Source: Octopus vulgaris
Lineage: Eukaryota
DNA: 64,000 nucleotides
Direction: 5' to 3'
Assembly (NCBI GenBank): GCA_951406725.2
Contig: OX597823.1
Coordinates: 100,564,001 to 100,628,000, forward strand
Shown here: positions 27,789 to 40,859 of the stretch, in pieces
Layout: the number at the start of each line of letters is the position of its first letter
How positions within the stretch are numbered: position 1 is the first letter of the stretch
Program-made: the position numbers and the translations under genes
Notes under the pieces: model-generated
What the model was told of the DNA's origin: nothing
The model's database searches: none
What the model saw: only the letters and a program-made list of their open reading frames with translations

Positions 27789-28005
27789 TGTGAGTTAACC
27801 AGGTTTCATGTTAAGAGAGGTACATCTCTTAACAATTATCAACTCTGTTGCATATGGGGATGCTGGTGTTTGTCTCCATCTTGGATGAAAAGAATAGAAT
27901 CACCTTGTATCATATTTTCATCCAAGATGGAGATGAACATCAACATCCCATGCAACAGATGTATCTCTTTTAATATGAAACTAATGGTAACCTGGTTAAC
28001 ACACA
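27789..28005. repeat. Long imperfect inverted repeat / hairpin
   Basis: Inner arms 27844-27891 and 27915-27959 with a 23-nt loop; outer arms 27789-27827 and 27957-28005. Confidence 0.9.
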
Positions 28006-29765
28006 AATAAACAATATTTATCCACCAATGTGATGCTGAGCACTCATTCTCACTGTTAGATATTAATATATATATATATACATTTACATATAATGGAAAT
28101 GTTTGTAGAGAGCATTTAGAAGTAACATAAATAGTTGAAAAAAAAAAGCCATATTCAAAGCAAGAAAGCAAAACAAACAAATAATAATAAAAGAAAGGAT
28201 AAAACCATTTACTGTACTTTTAAAATCTCCATACAATTATTTCTTTTATAAATTAGTTGCTGGCTGACAATTTGCAACTGGATAGGCAGTGATAATGTAA
28301 ACAAACTGTTGCCATCACAACATTTGAGAAAGAGAGGTGAAAACATAACAACATTAGAGAGAGAGAAAGAGATGCTACAACTATATACCAAGAGTGTTTA
28401 AGACAGAGCAAAAGTAGATTTCTCACATCAGTTGCAGACAAGACTTCATACAAGGAAGACATATTTCTACTTCTGAAATGGTACTTGTTTAGTTTAGGTA
28501 TTCTTATATCATGAAAGTGCTTTAAAAATATGCAATTACTGAACGACATTATAACACCTGATTAAGACAGTGAGCTGGCAGAATTGTTAGCACGCTGGGC
28601 GAAATGCTAAGCAGCATTTTGCCTGTTGCTATGTTCTGAGTTCAAATTCTGCCAAGGTTGACTTTACCTTTCATCTTTTCAGGATTGATAAATTAAGTAC
28701 CAGTTGAATACTAGGGTTGATGTAATTGACTTAATCCCCCCTGCCAAATTTCAAGGCCTTGTGCTTATAATAGAAAGGATCATAACACCTGATTCTTGTT
28801 ATTTTCTTTTGTGCTTTCTTTTATCTACGGTCATAGGACAAGCAGCAAGCTTGCTTTGCAATCATAGGGTTCTGGTTTCAGTCCCACTGTGCAACACATT
28901 GGATAAGTGTCTTCTACAATGGCCCTAGGCTGATGAATGCCTTGCAAATGTATTTGGTAGATGGAAACTGAGTGGAAGCCCTTATGTGTATCCATACAGG
29001 TATTGGTTTGCTTATGTCCTGGTAACTTAGCAGGATGGCAAAAGAGACTAACAGAGATGCTGATAGACTAAGTACTAGACATCAAAAGACAATAAGTACT
29101 AGAGTCGATTTGTTCAACTAAAATATTTCAAGGCAGTGCTCCAGCATGGCTGCAGTCTGATGATTGAAACAAGCAAGCAATAAAATTCTATTGAACACAT
29201 TGTTCAATATTTCAAACAGGAGACAACAGATATGCTGTTGTTTAGCTACAGGTCAATTTTGATAAAACAATCTGTGAACAAAGACCTTCTTGCCATGACA
29301 ATTCCATCATTGTTTTACATACAAGACAGCTGAGGGCCACATTATTCAATATGCCCTTTTCTAAGGTATTAAGAGATTCAACATTTTTAGCATGTCAATT
29401 GATCATGCAGAAGCCCCCACATTAGCTATTATTAAAACTATGTACAGGGGACAGAAGAGGGCTAAAGTAACCCTGTACTGTTGCTAAACTTAAATGGCAG
29501 TAACTTTGTGCAGCTCAATTATAAAGATATAAAAGCTAGAAAACGAAACGTTTTTCTGTCTGTCCCTCGTCCATCCACTAATGGCCATGTCTTCAATCAT
29601 ATTTATTTCATGTTTATATCTTAACTTTTTGCATTGCATATTTGTTTATTTCTTGTTTGTTTGTTCACTGTCTGTCATGTTTGGTCCCTTGTTTGTTGAT
29701 TTGCCATTTCCCTGGAAAATGGATTTTATATGATGACGACGATGATGATATACACACGTGATTAT

Positions 29766-29796
<31 letters not shown>

Positions 29797-30061
29797 AAAT
29801 CCTCATTATCCTTTTATGCCTGCTTTCCATACTGGCATGAGCTGGAAGTTTCAACAAGGTCCAGTGGGTTGGAGAACTATGTGTTGCATCAATGTTTCAG
29901 TTTTAGTGTAATTCTATAGTCTGTGACTGAATACCTTTCTTAACACCCACACATACACATGACAGTTTAGATAACCACAATGACCATGGCAAACATTCAT
30001 TTTGACAACTGTATTAGTTTTGTGTAACTAGACAAACAGGAAATGAAAATATCAGCAAATA

Positions 30062-30104
<43 letters not shown>

Positions 30105-30169
30105 TGCAGAATCCTTTGCATCCTGTTTTTCTTTTGATATATATATATATATATACACACACATATATA

Positions 30170-30219
<50 letters not shown>

Positions 30220-30683
30220 CATATATACATGTATATATATATATGTATATATATATAAATACATAAATACATATATACATGTATATATATATATGTATAT
30301 ATATATAAATACATATATATATATATATGTATATATATATACATATATACATGTATATATATATATGTATATATATATACATATATACATGTATATATAT
30401 ATATATGTATATATATATACATATATACATGTATATATATATATATGTATATATATATATGTATATATATGTATATATATATATGTATATATATTACATA
30501 TATACATGTATATATATATATATATATACATATATACATGTATATATATATGTATATATATATAATATATACATGTATATATATATATATATATACATAT
30601 ACATGTATATATATATATATGTATATATATACATATATACATGTATATATATATGTATATATATACATATATACATGTATATA

Positions 30684-30733
<50 letters not shown>

Positions 30734-30962
30734 TATATGTATATATATATATGTATATATATATACATATATACATATATATATGTATATATATATACAT
30801 ATATACATATATATATGTATATATATATACATATATACATATATATATGTATATATATATACATATATACATATATATATGTATATATATATACATATAT
30901 ACATATATATATGTATATATATATACATATATACATATATATATATATGTATATATATATGT
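30062..30962. repeat. Compound (TA)n/(TACA)n microsatellite
   Basis: Directly visible low-complexity tract. Confidence 0.97.
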
Positions 30963-31086
30963 ATTATATTAAATTAGAGACAAAACCACTATTAGGCAAA
31001 TCAAACAATGAAAGACTTAAGCCAATACATATGATTAATTTATATTATTTAAATATGTAACAATTATTAAAAAATATAATTAATAT

Positions 31087-31149
31087 CCACTACGATCGTT
31101 TCCTGCCTGCTGTCTTTAAATTTTTGAGTCGCAGTCATTCATCAGGTGG
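31087..31149 (-). ncRNA. Type I hammerhead ribozyme, slightly degenerate
   Basis: Minus strand reads CCAC-CUGAUGA-aUGACUGC...GCAGGCAg-GAAAC-GAUC-GUA-GUGG. Stem III is palindromic (ACGAUCGU); A-G mismatch at the base of stem II. Confidence 0.7.
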
Positions 31150-31267
31150 CTTCAAAATTTTTCTTGGCGAGTTTTAAACAATGAACTTATATACATATAT
31201 ATACTATGATACTTTGATAGGTTTCGGCCATTATTGGCCCAGGCCATGTCTAACTTAATAGCACCAC

Positions 31268-31309
<42 letters not shown>

Positions 31310-32153
31310 ATATATATATATAGTGTAATAAATAAAATATATGCATACATACAAACATATATGTACGTACCGACATCTACATGTATATATACATGCATAT
31401 ATAAATATATATACGTACAGGACATCACAGGAAGACGAAAAAATCAACAGAACGAAAACGGAAAAGACATTTTGTTACAACAGAAGGACAGAGACGTGGA
31501 ACAAGACGAAACGAAAACGAAAACCGGAAAAACAATTATGTGCAGCAGAAAAACGAAGTACAGGACATGCTGCACAAGGAAAAATCCCCTTCATCAGCTG
31601 TCGCTAGCAGACACGTGTTTCGAAGGCAGAGACAGAACACGTATAGTCAAGCTAGGCCTTCCTACGAGAGAATTAAAATAAAATAAACTCGTAGAGGGGT
31701 AAACGAGCGACAAAAAATGTAACACAAAAAGGGGCGTAACAAAGAACTGCACAAAAAAATACATACAAGAAAAAAATAAATAATACAAAATAAAGATACA
31801 TGTACAAGAAAATACATAACGAGAATTAAATTACAATACGAGAAATCAAAAATAAACAAGAGAACAAACGAAAAAGACAAACGGAGGCCTTTGTTCTGGC
31901 TAGGACGAGATAGGTAACAGGCAAGCGCGAGGAAACATGACCTTAGGGCCTGAATGCAACAGGCGGAAAGGTTTAGCAGTGACGAAGTAAGGAGGAGTGG
32001 GAGAGAGAGAGAAGGACAGATAGAGGAAGACACAGGCTAGAGAGAAGGGTGAGGTAGAGAGAGCAAGAGAGAGAGAGAGAGACGGGAAGGTAAAGCAAAG
32101 GGAGAGAATTTCGCATCATTGTAGTAAACTGTAAAAACGGACGAGGAGGAAGA

Positions 32154-32155
<2 letters not shown>

Positions 32156-32206
<51 letters not shown>

Positions 32207-32313
32207 CATATATATATACACATACATATATATATACACATACATATATATATATACATACATATATATATATATACATACATATATATATACATACATA
32301 TATATATACATAC

Positions 32314-32344
<31 letters not shown>

Positions 32345-32616
32345 CATACATATATATATATATCATACATATATATATATACATTTCATATATATATATA
32401 TACATACATATATATATATACATACATATATATATATATACATATATATATATACATACATTTCATATATATATATATATACATACATATATATATATAT
32501 ACATACATATATATATATATACATACATATATATATATACATACATATATATATATACATACATATATATATATACATACATATATATATATACATACAT
32601 ATATATATATATATAC

Positions 32617-32650
<34 letters not shown>

Positions 32651-32688
32651 ACATACATACATATATATACATACATACATATATATAC

Positions 32689-32722
<34 letters not shown>

Positions 32723-33113
32723 ACATACATACATATATATATATACATACATACATATATATATATGCATACATACATATATATATATATACATACATAC
32801 ATATATATACATACATACATACATATATATATATGCATACATACATATATATATATACATACATACATATATATATATACATACATACATATATATATAT
32901 ACATACATATATATATATACATATATATATATACATACATACATATATATATATACATACATACATATATATATATACATACATACATATATATATATAC
33001 ATACATACATATATATATATACATACATACATATATATATATACATACATACATACATATATATATACATACATACATATATATATATATACATACATAT
33101 ATATATACATACA

Positions 33114-33199
<86 letters not shown>

Positions 33200-33222
33200 C
33201 ATATATATATATATATACATAC

Positions 33223-33261
<39 letters not shown>

Positions 33262-33348
33262 CATACATATATATATATATATATACATACATAGATATAT
33301 ATATATACATACATAGATATATATATATACATACATAGATATATATAT

Positions 33349-33379
<31 letters not shown>

Positions 33380-33512
33380 CATACATATATATATATACAT
33401 ACATATATACATATATACATACATACATAGATATATATATATATACATACATATATATATATATATATACATACATATATATATATATATATATACATAT
33501 ATACATACATAT

Positions 33513-33543
<31 letters not shown>

Positions 33544-33730
33544 CATATATACATACATATATACATACATATATATATATACATACACACACATATATAT
33601 ATATACATATAGATATATACATATATACATACATATATATATATACATACACATATATACATATATACATACATATATATACATATATACATACATATAT
33701 ATACATATATACATACATATATATACATAT

Positions 33731-33769
<39 letters not shown>

Positions 33770-33937
33770 GATATATACATACATATATATATACACATAC
33801 ATATATATATATACACATACATATATATATATATACATACATATATATATACATACATATATATATACACATACATATATATATATACACATACATATAT
33901 ATATATACACATACATATATATATATACACATACATA

Positions 33938-33969
<32 letters not shown>

Positions 33970-34104
33970 CATATATATACATACATACATATATATACAT
34001 ACATACATATATATACACATACATATATATATATACACATACATATATATATATATACATATATATACATACATACATATATATACATACATACATATAT
34101 ATAC

Positions 34105-34137
<33 letters not shown>

Positions 34138-34984
34138 CACATACATATATATATACACATATATATATATACACATATATATATATACACATACATATAT
34201 ATATATATACATACATATATATATATATATATACACATACATATATATATATACACATACATATATACATACATATATATATATACATACATATATATAT
34301 ATACATACATATATATACATATATATATATATATACATACATATATATACAAACACATATATATAAATATATATACATACATATATATATATACATACAT
34401 ATATATATACACATACATATATATATATACACATACATATATATATATACACATACATATATATATATATACACATACATATATATATACATACATATAT
34501 ATATATATACACATACATATATATATACATACATATATATATATACATACATATATATATACACATACATATATATATATACACATATATATATACACAT
34601 ATATATATATACACATATATATATATACACATACATATATATATATACATACATATATATATATACACATACATATATATATATACACATACATATATAT
34701 ATATACACATACATATATACATACATATATATATATATATATACATACATACATATATATATATACACACATACATATATATATATATACACACATACAT
34801 ACATATATATATATACACACATACATATATACATACATATATACATACATATATATATATATATACATACATATATATATATACACATACATATATACAT
34901 ACATATATATATATACACATACATATATACATACATATATATATATACACATACATATATACATACATATATATATATATATAT
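32156..34984. repeat. About 2.8-kb compound (TA)n/(CATA)n microsatellite
   Basis: Directly visible; source of the long YI-repeat pseudo-ORFs in the ORF track. Confidence 0.98.
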
Positions 34985-35275
34985 AGGCCCACAGCTCTTC
35001 AATATCCTCCCGATGAACCTGAGAGACCTGCATGGGGTGGATACAGATGTCTTTAAAATGGAGCTGGATCTCTTCCTGTCAGGTGTCCCAGATGAACCAA
35101 CTTCACGGCAGGAGGGGCAGATGAGGGCAGCTGCATCGAACTCTCTCATGCACCAAATAGCAGTTGCTAGAAAGCCTCCATGAAGTGAAACCAAGTAGCA
35201 ACACCAAATGGCGGTGCCCCAGCATGGCCACAGCTCATAAGCTGAAACTAGAATCAATCAATCAATCAATCAATA
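34985..35275 (+). mobile_element. Short 3' fragment of the same CR1-like LINE family
   Basis: Highly similar to 38494-38770; ends in (AATC)n. Confidence 0.85.
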
Positions 35276-35744
35276 TATATATATATATATATATAGCAAA
35301 ATTTAGGAACGACCATAGTAGAGAAAGAAAGTGAGAAGGGAAGTGACTGTGTATTTAGAGAGATTGAGAGCTGTGCGACTATATATTTATCTACCTATTT
35401 AAATCTGTCTAATTATATTTATTTATCTATTTAATTATATCTATCTATTATATCTAATTTATCTATCTAATTATATTTATTTATCTATCTAATTATATTT
35501 AAAATTTAATAGTGTGATGGAGGGTGGAGAAGACATAGAGAAAGAAAGTGAGAAGGAAAGTAACTGTGTATTTAGAGAGATTGAGAGCTATGCGACTATA
35601 TATTTAGAGAAATTGAGAAGGTGAGAGAGGAAAAATTGTGACAGAGAGAAGTGGAGAAGTGAAGAGACAAGGAAAGATTGAATGGCTGAAAGAAGAGAGA
35701 TGGTGTGATAGAGAGAAGTAAAGAGACAGAGGGAGAAAGAGAAG

Positions 35745-35960
35745 AAAGAGAGGGGGTTACGAAGCTGCAATAAAAAAGAAGGATTAAGAAAATGAAAGAT
35801 TAAGAAAATGAAAGATTATTAAAGAGAGGAAAGAGAGGGGGTTACGAAGCTGCAATAAAAATGAAGGATTAAGAAAATGAAAGATTATTAAAGAGAGGAA
35901 AGAGAGGGGGTTACGAAACTGAGATAAAAATGAAAGATTAGGAAAAATGAGAGATTATTA
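35745..35960. repeat. Short purine-rich tandem repeat, about 3 copies of a ~70-85 bp unit
   Basis: GAGAGGGGGTTACGAA...GATTAAGAAAATGAAAGATTATTAA is repeated. Confidence 0.8.
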
Positions 35961-36704
35961 ACAGGAAAGCTGAAATAGGAAATAATAGATTCTAAAATAA
36001 AGACTGAAAGATTATTAAAGTTTCTTAAAGTTCGCGTTTATGCATATATACGTATACATATATACATACACATGCACACACACACACATATATACACAAA
36101 CAGAGAGAGAGAGAAGGTGGAAGAAAAGAAAGTGAGGAAAATATATTAAAATATATTAAAGTGTGGAAAAGAAGGGGTTATTTAATCCTAAAGCTAATTA
36201 CAAGAAGATAGAGGTATGAAAAACGAGAACAGAGATTGAAAGAGAGTTATTCTCCGAATGTAAACAAAAAATGGCTTCGTAAATTTTAACGGAGATGCTA
36301 GCTTAAGTTAAGGGAAATAGAATAATAAATAAAATATGAAATAGAAGATGAAAGTGATACTTATCACAACGATGCAGTCTGAATTTTCGTGCTTTACGGA
36401 ATTATTTTCCTTCACAGGAGAGATGTTTCTTTTTCTTTCTTACAGGAGATAAATTAATTTAATGAGTTGCCACCATGTGCGTTTTCGGCGAAATGAAATT
36501 TACTGTATTACATTTGGCTTCAGGCAAAATATATTACGTTTTTGATTAATATATTTTTAACCAATGTGTTGTAGTAGACTTTATGAGTTAAAGTTTTACG
36601 TTTTGTTACTTTCAGTAGATTATTTCGCCTATTTATGCAAACTTTTCTGTTTTTTTCACAGAGCAAAGGCAAAACACGTCTTTCTCTGCGAGAACCGGAA
36701 CTGT

Positions 36705-37490
36705 ATCATCATCATCATCATCGTTTAGCGTCCGTTTTCCATGCTAGCATGGGTTGGACGGTTCTACTGGGGTCTGTGAAGCCAGAAGGCTTCATCAGGC
36801 CCAGTCAAATCTGGCAGTGTTTCTACGGCTGGATGCCCTTCCTAACGCCAACCACTCCGTGAGTGTAGTGGGTGCTTTTTACGTGCCACCCGCACTGGTG
36901 CCAGACAGAGCTGGCAAACGGCCACGAACGGATGGTGCTTTTTATGTGCCACCGGCACGAGGGCCAGGCGAGGCTGGCAACGGACACGAAACGGGGCGGT
37001 GCTGGCAACGGTCGCGAAACGGAAAGTTCTCTTACATGCCACCGGCACTGGTAACACATCTGCAATTTCCATTGATCGATTTCGATTCTGATCCTCACTT
37101 GCCTCAACGGGTCTTCACAAGCAGAGTTTCGACATGCCACCGGCACTGGTAGCACATCCGCAATTTCCATTGATCGATTTCGATTCTGATCCTCACTTGC
37201 CTCAACACGTCTTCACAAGTAGAGTTTTGTGTCCCAAGAAGGGAAGGTATGCATACGTAGGCTGGCTCCATCCCATGTAGAAGGCCACGGGTTATGGACT
37301 CACTTGTCCTGCCGGGTCTTCTCGCGCACAGCACACTTCCAGAGGTCTCGGTCTCTAGTCATTTCCTCAGTGAGACCTAAAGTTCGAAGGTCGTGCTTCA
37401 CCACCTCGTCCCAGGTTTTCCTGGGTCTGCCTCTTCCACAGGTTCCCTCAACCGCTAGGGTGTGGCACTTTTTCACACAACTATCTTCAT
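36705..37490 (-). mobile_element. Young RTE LINE 3' fragment
   Basis: Minus strand GRGRPRKTWDEVVKHDLRTLGL; CpG-rich UTR ending in (GAT)n; internal ~79-bp duplication. Confidence 0.85.
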
Positions 37491-37591
37491 AAATATATAT
37501 ATGTATGTAGGTCCCGGGTTGAGTCGGGGTTAACCACAGTAAATAAGGTACTCAATACATAGCAGAGTAAAGTAATTTATTTTATAGAAGG

Positions 37592-37642
37592 AGCTTCTAC
37601 AGGACTAGAACTGTTTCATTCATATGAAATCTTCAGGAAGCT
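37592..37642 (-). ncRNA. Compact type I hammerhead ribozyme
   Basis: Minus strand reads AGCUUC-CUGAAGA-UUUCAUAUGAAU-GAAACAG-UUCUAGUC-CUGUA-GAAGCU. Stem I is 6 bp and stem III is 4 bp; U-U at the base of stem II. Confidence 0.75.
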
Positions 37643-38179
37643 GACTGTCAAAATAAGTTCTGGTATTTATGTATTTAGGCAGATTTAATGGAGTGGTGGT
37701 GGGGGACGTTTTTTGGGTAGGTTGGTATTTAGGAGATAAACGGGGCACAAGCTATTGTTCTTAGGGGAGTGGTCAAAAGGCCAGAGTGTCTTTTGAAATG
37801 AGAAGAATCAGTGAGTAAATAAATAAATGAATAAATAGAATAATGAATAGAAACAGATATATGGGATGGGATTTTAGGTAAATTAGAAGACAATTGCTTT
37901 TTGGTGGTCCAGAAGAGGTAGGCAGTTTGTTATTGTTAGGTGGAGGGAATAGATAAATATACATGAAAAAACATAAAATAAATATACATACAAACACACA
38001 TACATACACATGCGAATATACATATGTATACATACATATGCACATACATATACATACATACATATATATATACATACACACACACACATATATATATACA
38101 TACACACACACACACATATATACATACACACACACACACATATATACATACACACACACATATATATATATATACATAT

Positions 38180-38780
38180 ACTATGGTCACCATCCAGTGT
38201 CAAGTTGATCACAGAACTTGAGGCGATCCAACGAAGCTACACGAAGAAGATAGCCTCTGTGCAGCATATAAGCTACTGGGAAAGACTCAAGAGATTAAAA
38301 CTCTATTCCTTGGAGTGTAGGCGAGAAAGATATGCCATAATATATATCTGGAAGATCCTGGAAGGACTTGTCCCAAACTTTGGCATCGAGAGTCACACAA
38401 ATGCCAGAACTGGGCGCCACTGCGTGGTACAAAGGACTCCAAATTTGCCATCAAGATGTAGGACAAGATACTGTGATAGCCTGGGCTTCAGAGGTCCACA
38501 GCTTTTCAATATCCTCCCGAAGAACCTGAGGGACCTGCATGGTGTAGATGCGGATGTCTTTAAAGTAGGACTGGATCTCTTCATGTCAGGTGTCCCGGAT
38601 GAACCAACTTCACGGCAGGAGGTGCAGATGAGGGCAGCTGCATTGAACTCTCTCATGCACCAAATGGCAGTTGCTAAAAAGCATTCGTGAGGTAAAATCA
38701 TGTAGCAACACCAAATGGCGGTGCCCGAGCATGGCCACAGCTCATGAGCTGAAACTGGAAAAATCAAAATCAAAATCAAT
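38180..38780 (+). mobile_element. 3' fragment of a CR1-like LINE
   Basis: LWSP..LEAIQRSYTKKI..SYWERLK.LKLYSLE.RRERY..WKILEG..GPQLFN; tail GGCGGTGCCC.AGCATGGCCACAGCTC then (AAATC)n. Confidence 0.85.
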
Positions 38781-38811
38781 ACATACATACACCTACATAC
38801 ACACACACACG

Positions 38812-38861
<50 letters not shown>

Positions 38862-39164
38862 CAAATACACATAAGTATACATGCATAAATATACCCATAT
38901 ACATAATTATGCATATATAAACACATACATAAATATACATATGTACACACAAACACACACATAAATATATACACGCATATATAAACACATATAAAAACAT
39001 ATGTGTATATAAATATATATACGCATATAAATACATATATGCATATATAAATACACACATGCATATACATACATACACACATATACGTACATGCACATAC
39101 ATACACCTACATACATATACATCTACATATATATATATATACCCATACATAAATCTACATGTCC

Positions 39165-39195
<31 letters not shown>

Positions 39196-39502
39196 CATCC
39201 ATACACAAATATACATGCATACACACATACACACATACATTTATATACAAATACACATACGCATACATAAATATACATGCATATACACATACACACATAT
39301 ATATATACATAAATACATACATGCATATATATATATACACATATACATACATACACACATATAAATACACATATATGCATATATATATATACCAGCATAA
39401 ACATATACATATGTATATACATACATATAAATATATACACATGTACACACATACATACATAAATACATACACACGCATACAAACACATGTATATATATAT
39501 AT
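38780..39502. repeat. Degenerate (TA/CA)n microsatellite
   Basis: Directly visible. Confidence 0.95.
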
Positions 39503-40506
39503 AACGGGAAGCTTTATGAAAATAAACAAAAGACGAAGGCAGGTGGAAAACAAACGAACAATTGTATTAGTATGGCGCTCAGGAAATATAAATAAAACAA
39601 GTCTTTAACGTTTCGAGCCTACGCTCTTCAACAGAAAGATACACAGAGAGAGAAAAACACAGAAAGAAGGAGAGAAAAAAATGCGTGCAGTAGCTAACGA
39701 ATCAACATGGCGATCTGATTTCGGCCAGAGGTCAAAAATCAAACATGAGACGCGAGAGCGAAATAAGGGGAGATAATAGGGTTGATAAAAGGGTTGAGGG
39801 ACCAGCTAAAAGTGCGTGGGAGGGGTCTGGATGTGTGTATGTATAGGGTTGGTGTATGTATTAGTATGTATAAGGGTGTGTGTGTGTGTGTGTGTGTATG
39901 AGAGAGTATTAGTGCGTAAGATTGGTCTGGACGTGCGTATGTATGGGGTTGGTGTATGTATTAGTATGTATTAGTATGTATTAGTACGTATTGGTATGTA
40001 TAGGTGTGTGTGCGTGTGTGTGTGAGAGAGTATAAGTGCGTATGCGGGGTCTGGACGTGTGTATGTATAGGGTTGGTGTATGTATTAGTATGTACTGGTA
40101 TGTATTAGTACGTATTAGTATGTATTAGTTGGTGTGTGTATTAGTATGGCACATCATATGTGATGTGATGTGTAAAGTCATGTGGTGTAGTGAGGAGAAG
40201 AGGGGAGGGGGAGAAGAGGGGGAGAGAAGGCGAGGGGAAGAAGAGGGGGAGGAGAAGGGGGAAGAGGAGAGGATGGGGGAGAAGGGGGATGAAGGAGGAA
40301 AGAGGGAGAGAGGGAGCAGAGGGAAGGGGAAGAGGGAGGGAGAAAGAGGGAAGAAGGGAAGGGGAGTAGGGGTGAAAGGATGAAGGACTGTAGAAGTAGG
40401 GGTCGGGGGGAGAAAGGATAGGTGAGGGGGGTTAGATGAGGAGGGGGGGGGAGAGTTGAGACCAAATGGCGTATAAGAGCGAAGAGAGAAGATTAATTCC
40501 TGTTCA
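39503..40506 (-). mobile_element. 3' fragment of a Penelope-like element
   Basis: Minus strand EQELIFSLRSYTPFGLN is the typical PLE GIY-YIG C-terminus (E..LIF.L....P.GLN). It is followed by a pyrimidine-rich tail and a hammerhead motif, and flanked by TA/CA microsatellites. Confidence 0.7.
39602..39639 (-). ncRNA. Minimal PLE-type hammerhead variant (degenerate)
   Basis: Minus strand reads UCUUU-CUGUUGA-A-GAGC-GUAG-GCUC-GAAA-CG-UU-AAAGA; lies in the 3' region of a PLE fragment. Confidence 0.55.
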
Positions 40507-40859
40507 CATATATACATACATATATACATACACGCGCATACATACATATGCACATATATACACATACACACATATACACGCATACACATACATATGTACA
40601 TATACATATGCAAACATACATATATATGCACATATATACATATATGTGCATATCGATACTACCTCTTATATTATTTATTTATTTATTTATGATTTGGTTG
40701 TGTATGTGGCTATGTCTGTGTGTATGCGTGTGGGTGTGTGTGTATACATATAACTATGCATGTATGTGCGCACGATCTGTCGATGTGTGTGCGCGTGTGT
40801 ATGTTTCCTGGCTAACTAACCATAAAATTTCCATTGTGATTCAAATTTAAAACTATAAG

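Noticed and set aside
29997-35257. Very long ORFs (up to 964 aa) rich in Y/I/C/M/V
   Set aside because: Translations of (TA)n/(CATA)n microsatellites that lack stop codons; not genes.
37773-40850. Further YI/HT-repeat and Pro/Ser-rich ORFs
   Set aside because: Microsatellite and purine-tract artefacts; only the LINE and PLE-derived portions are meaningful.
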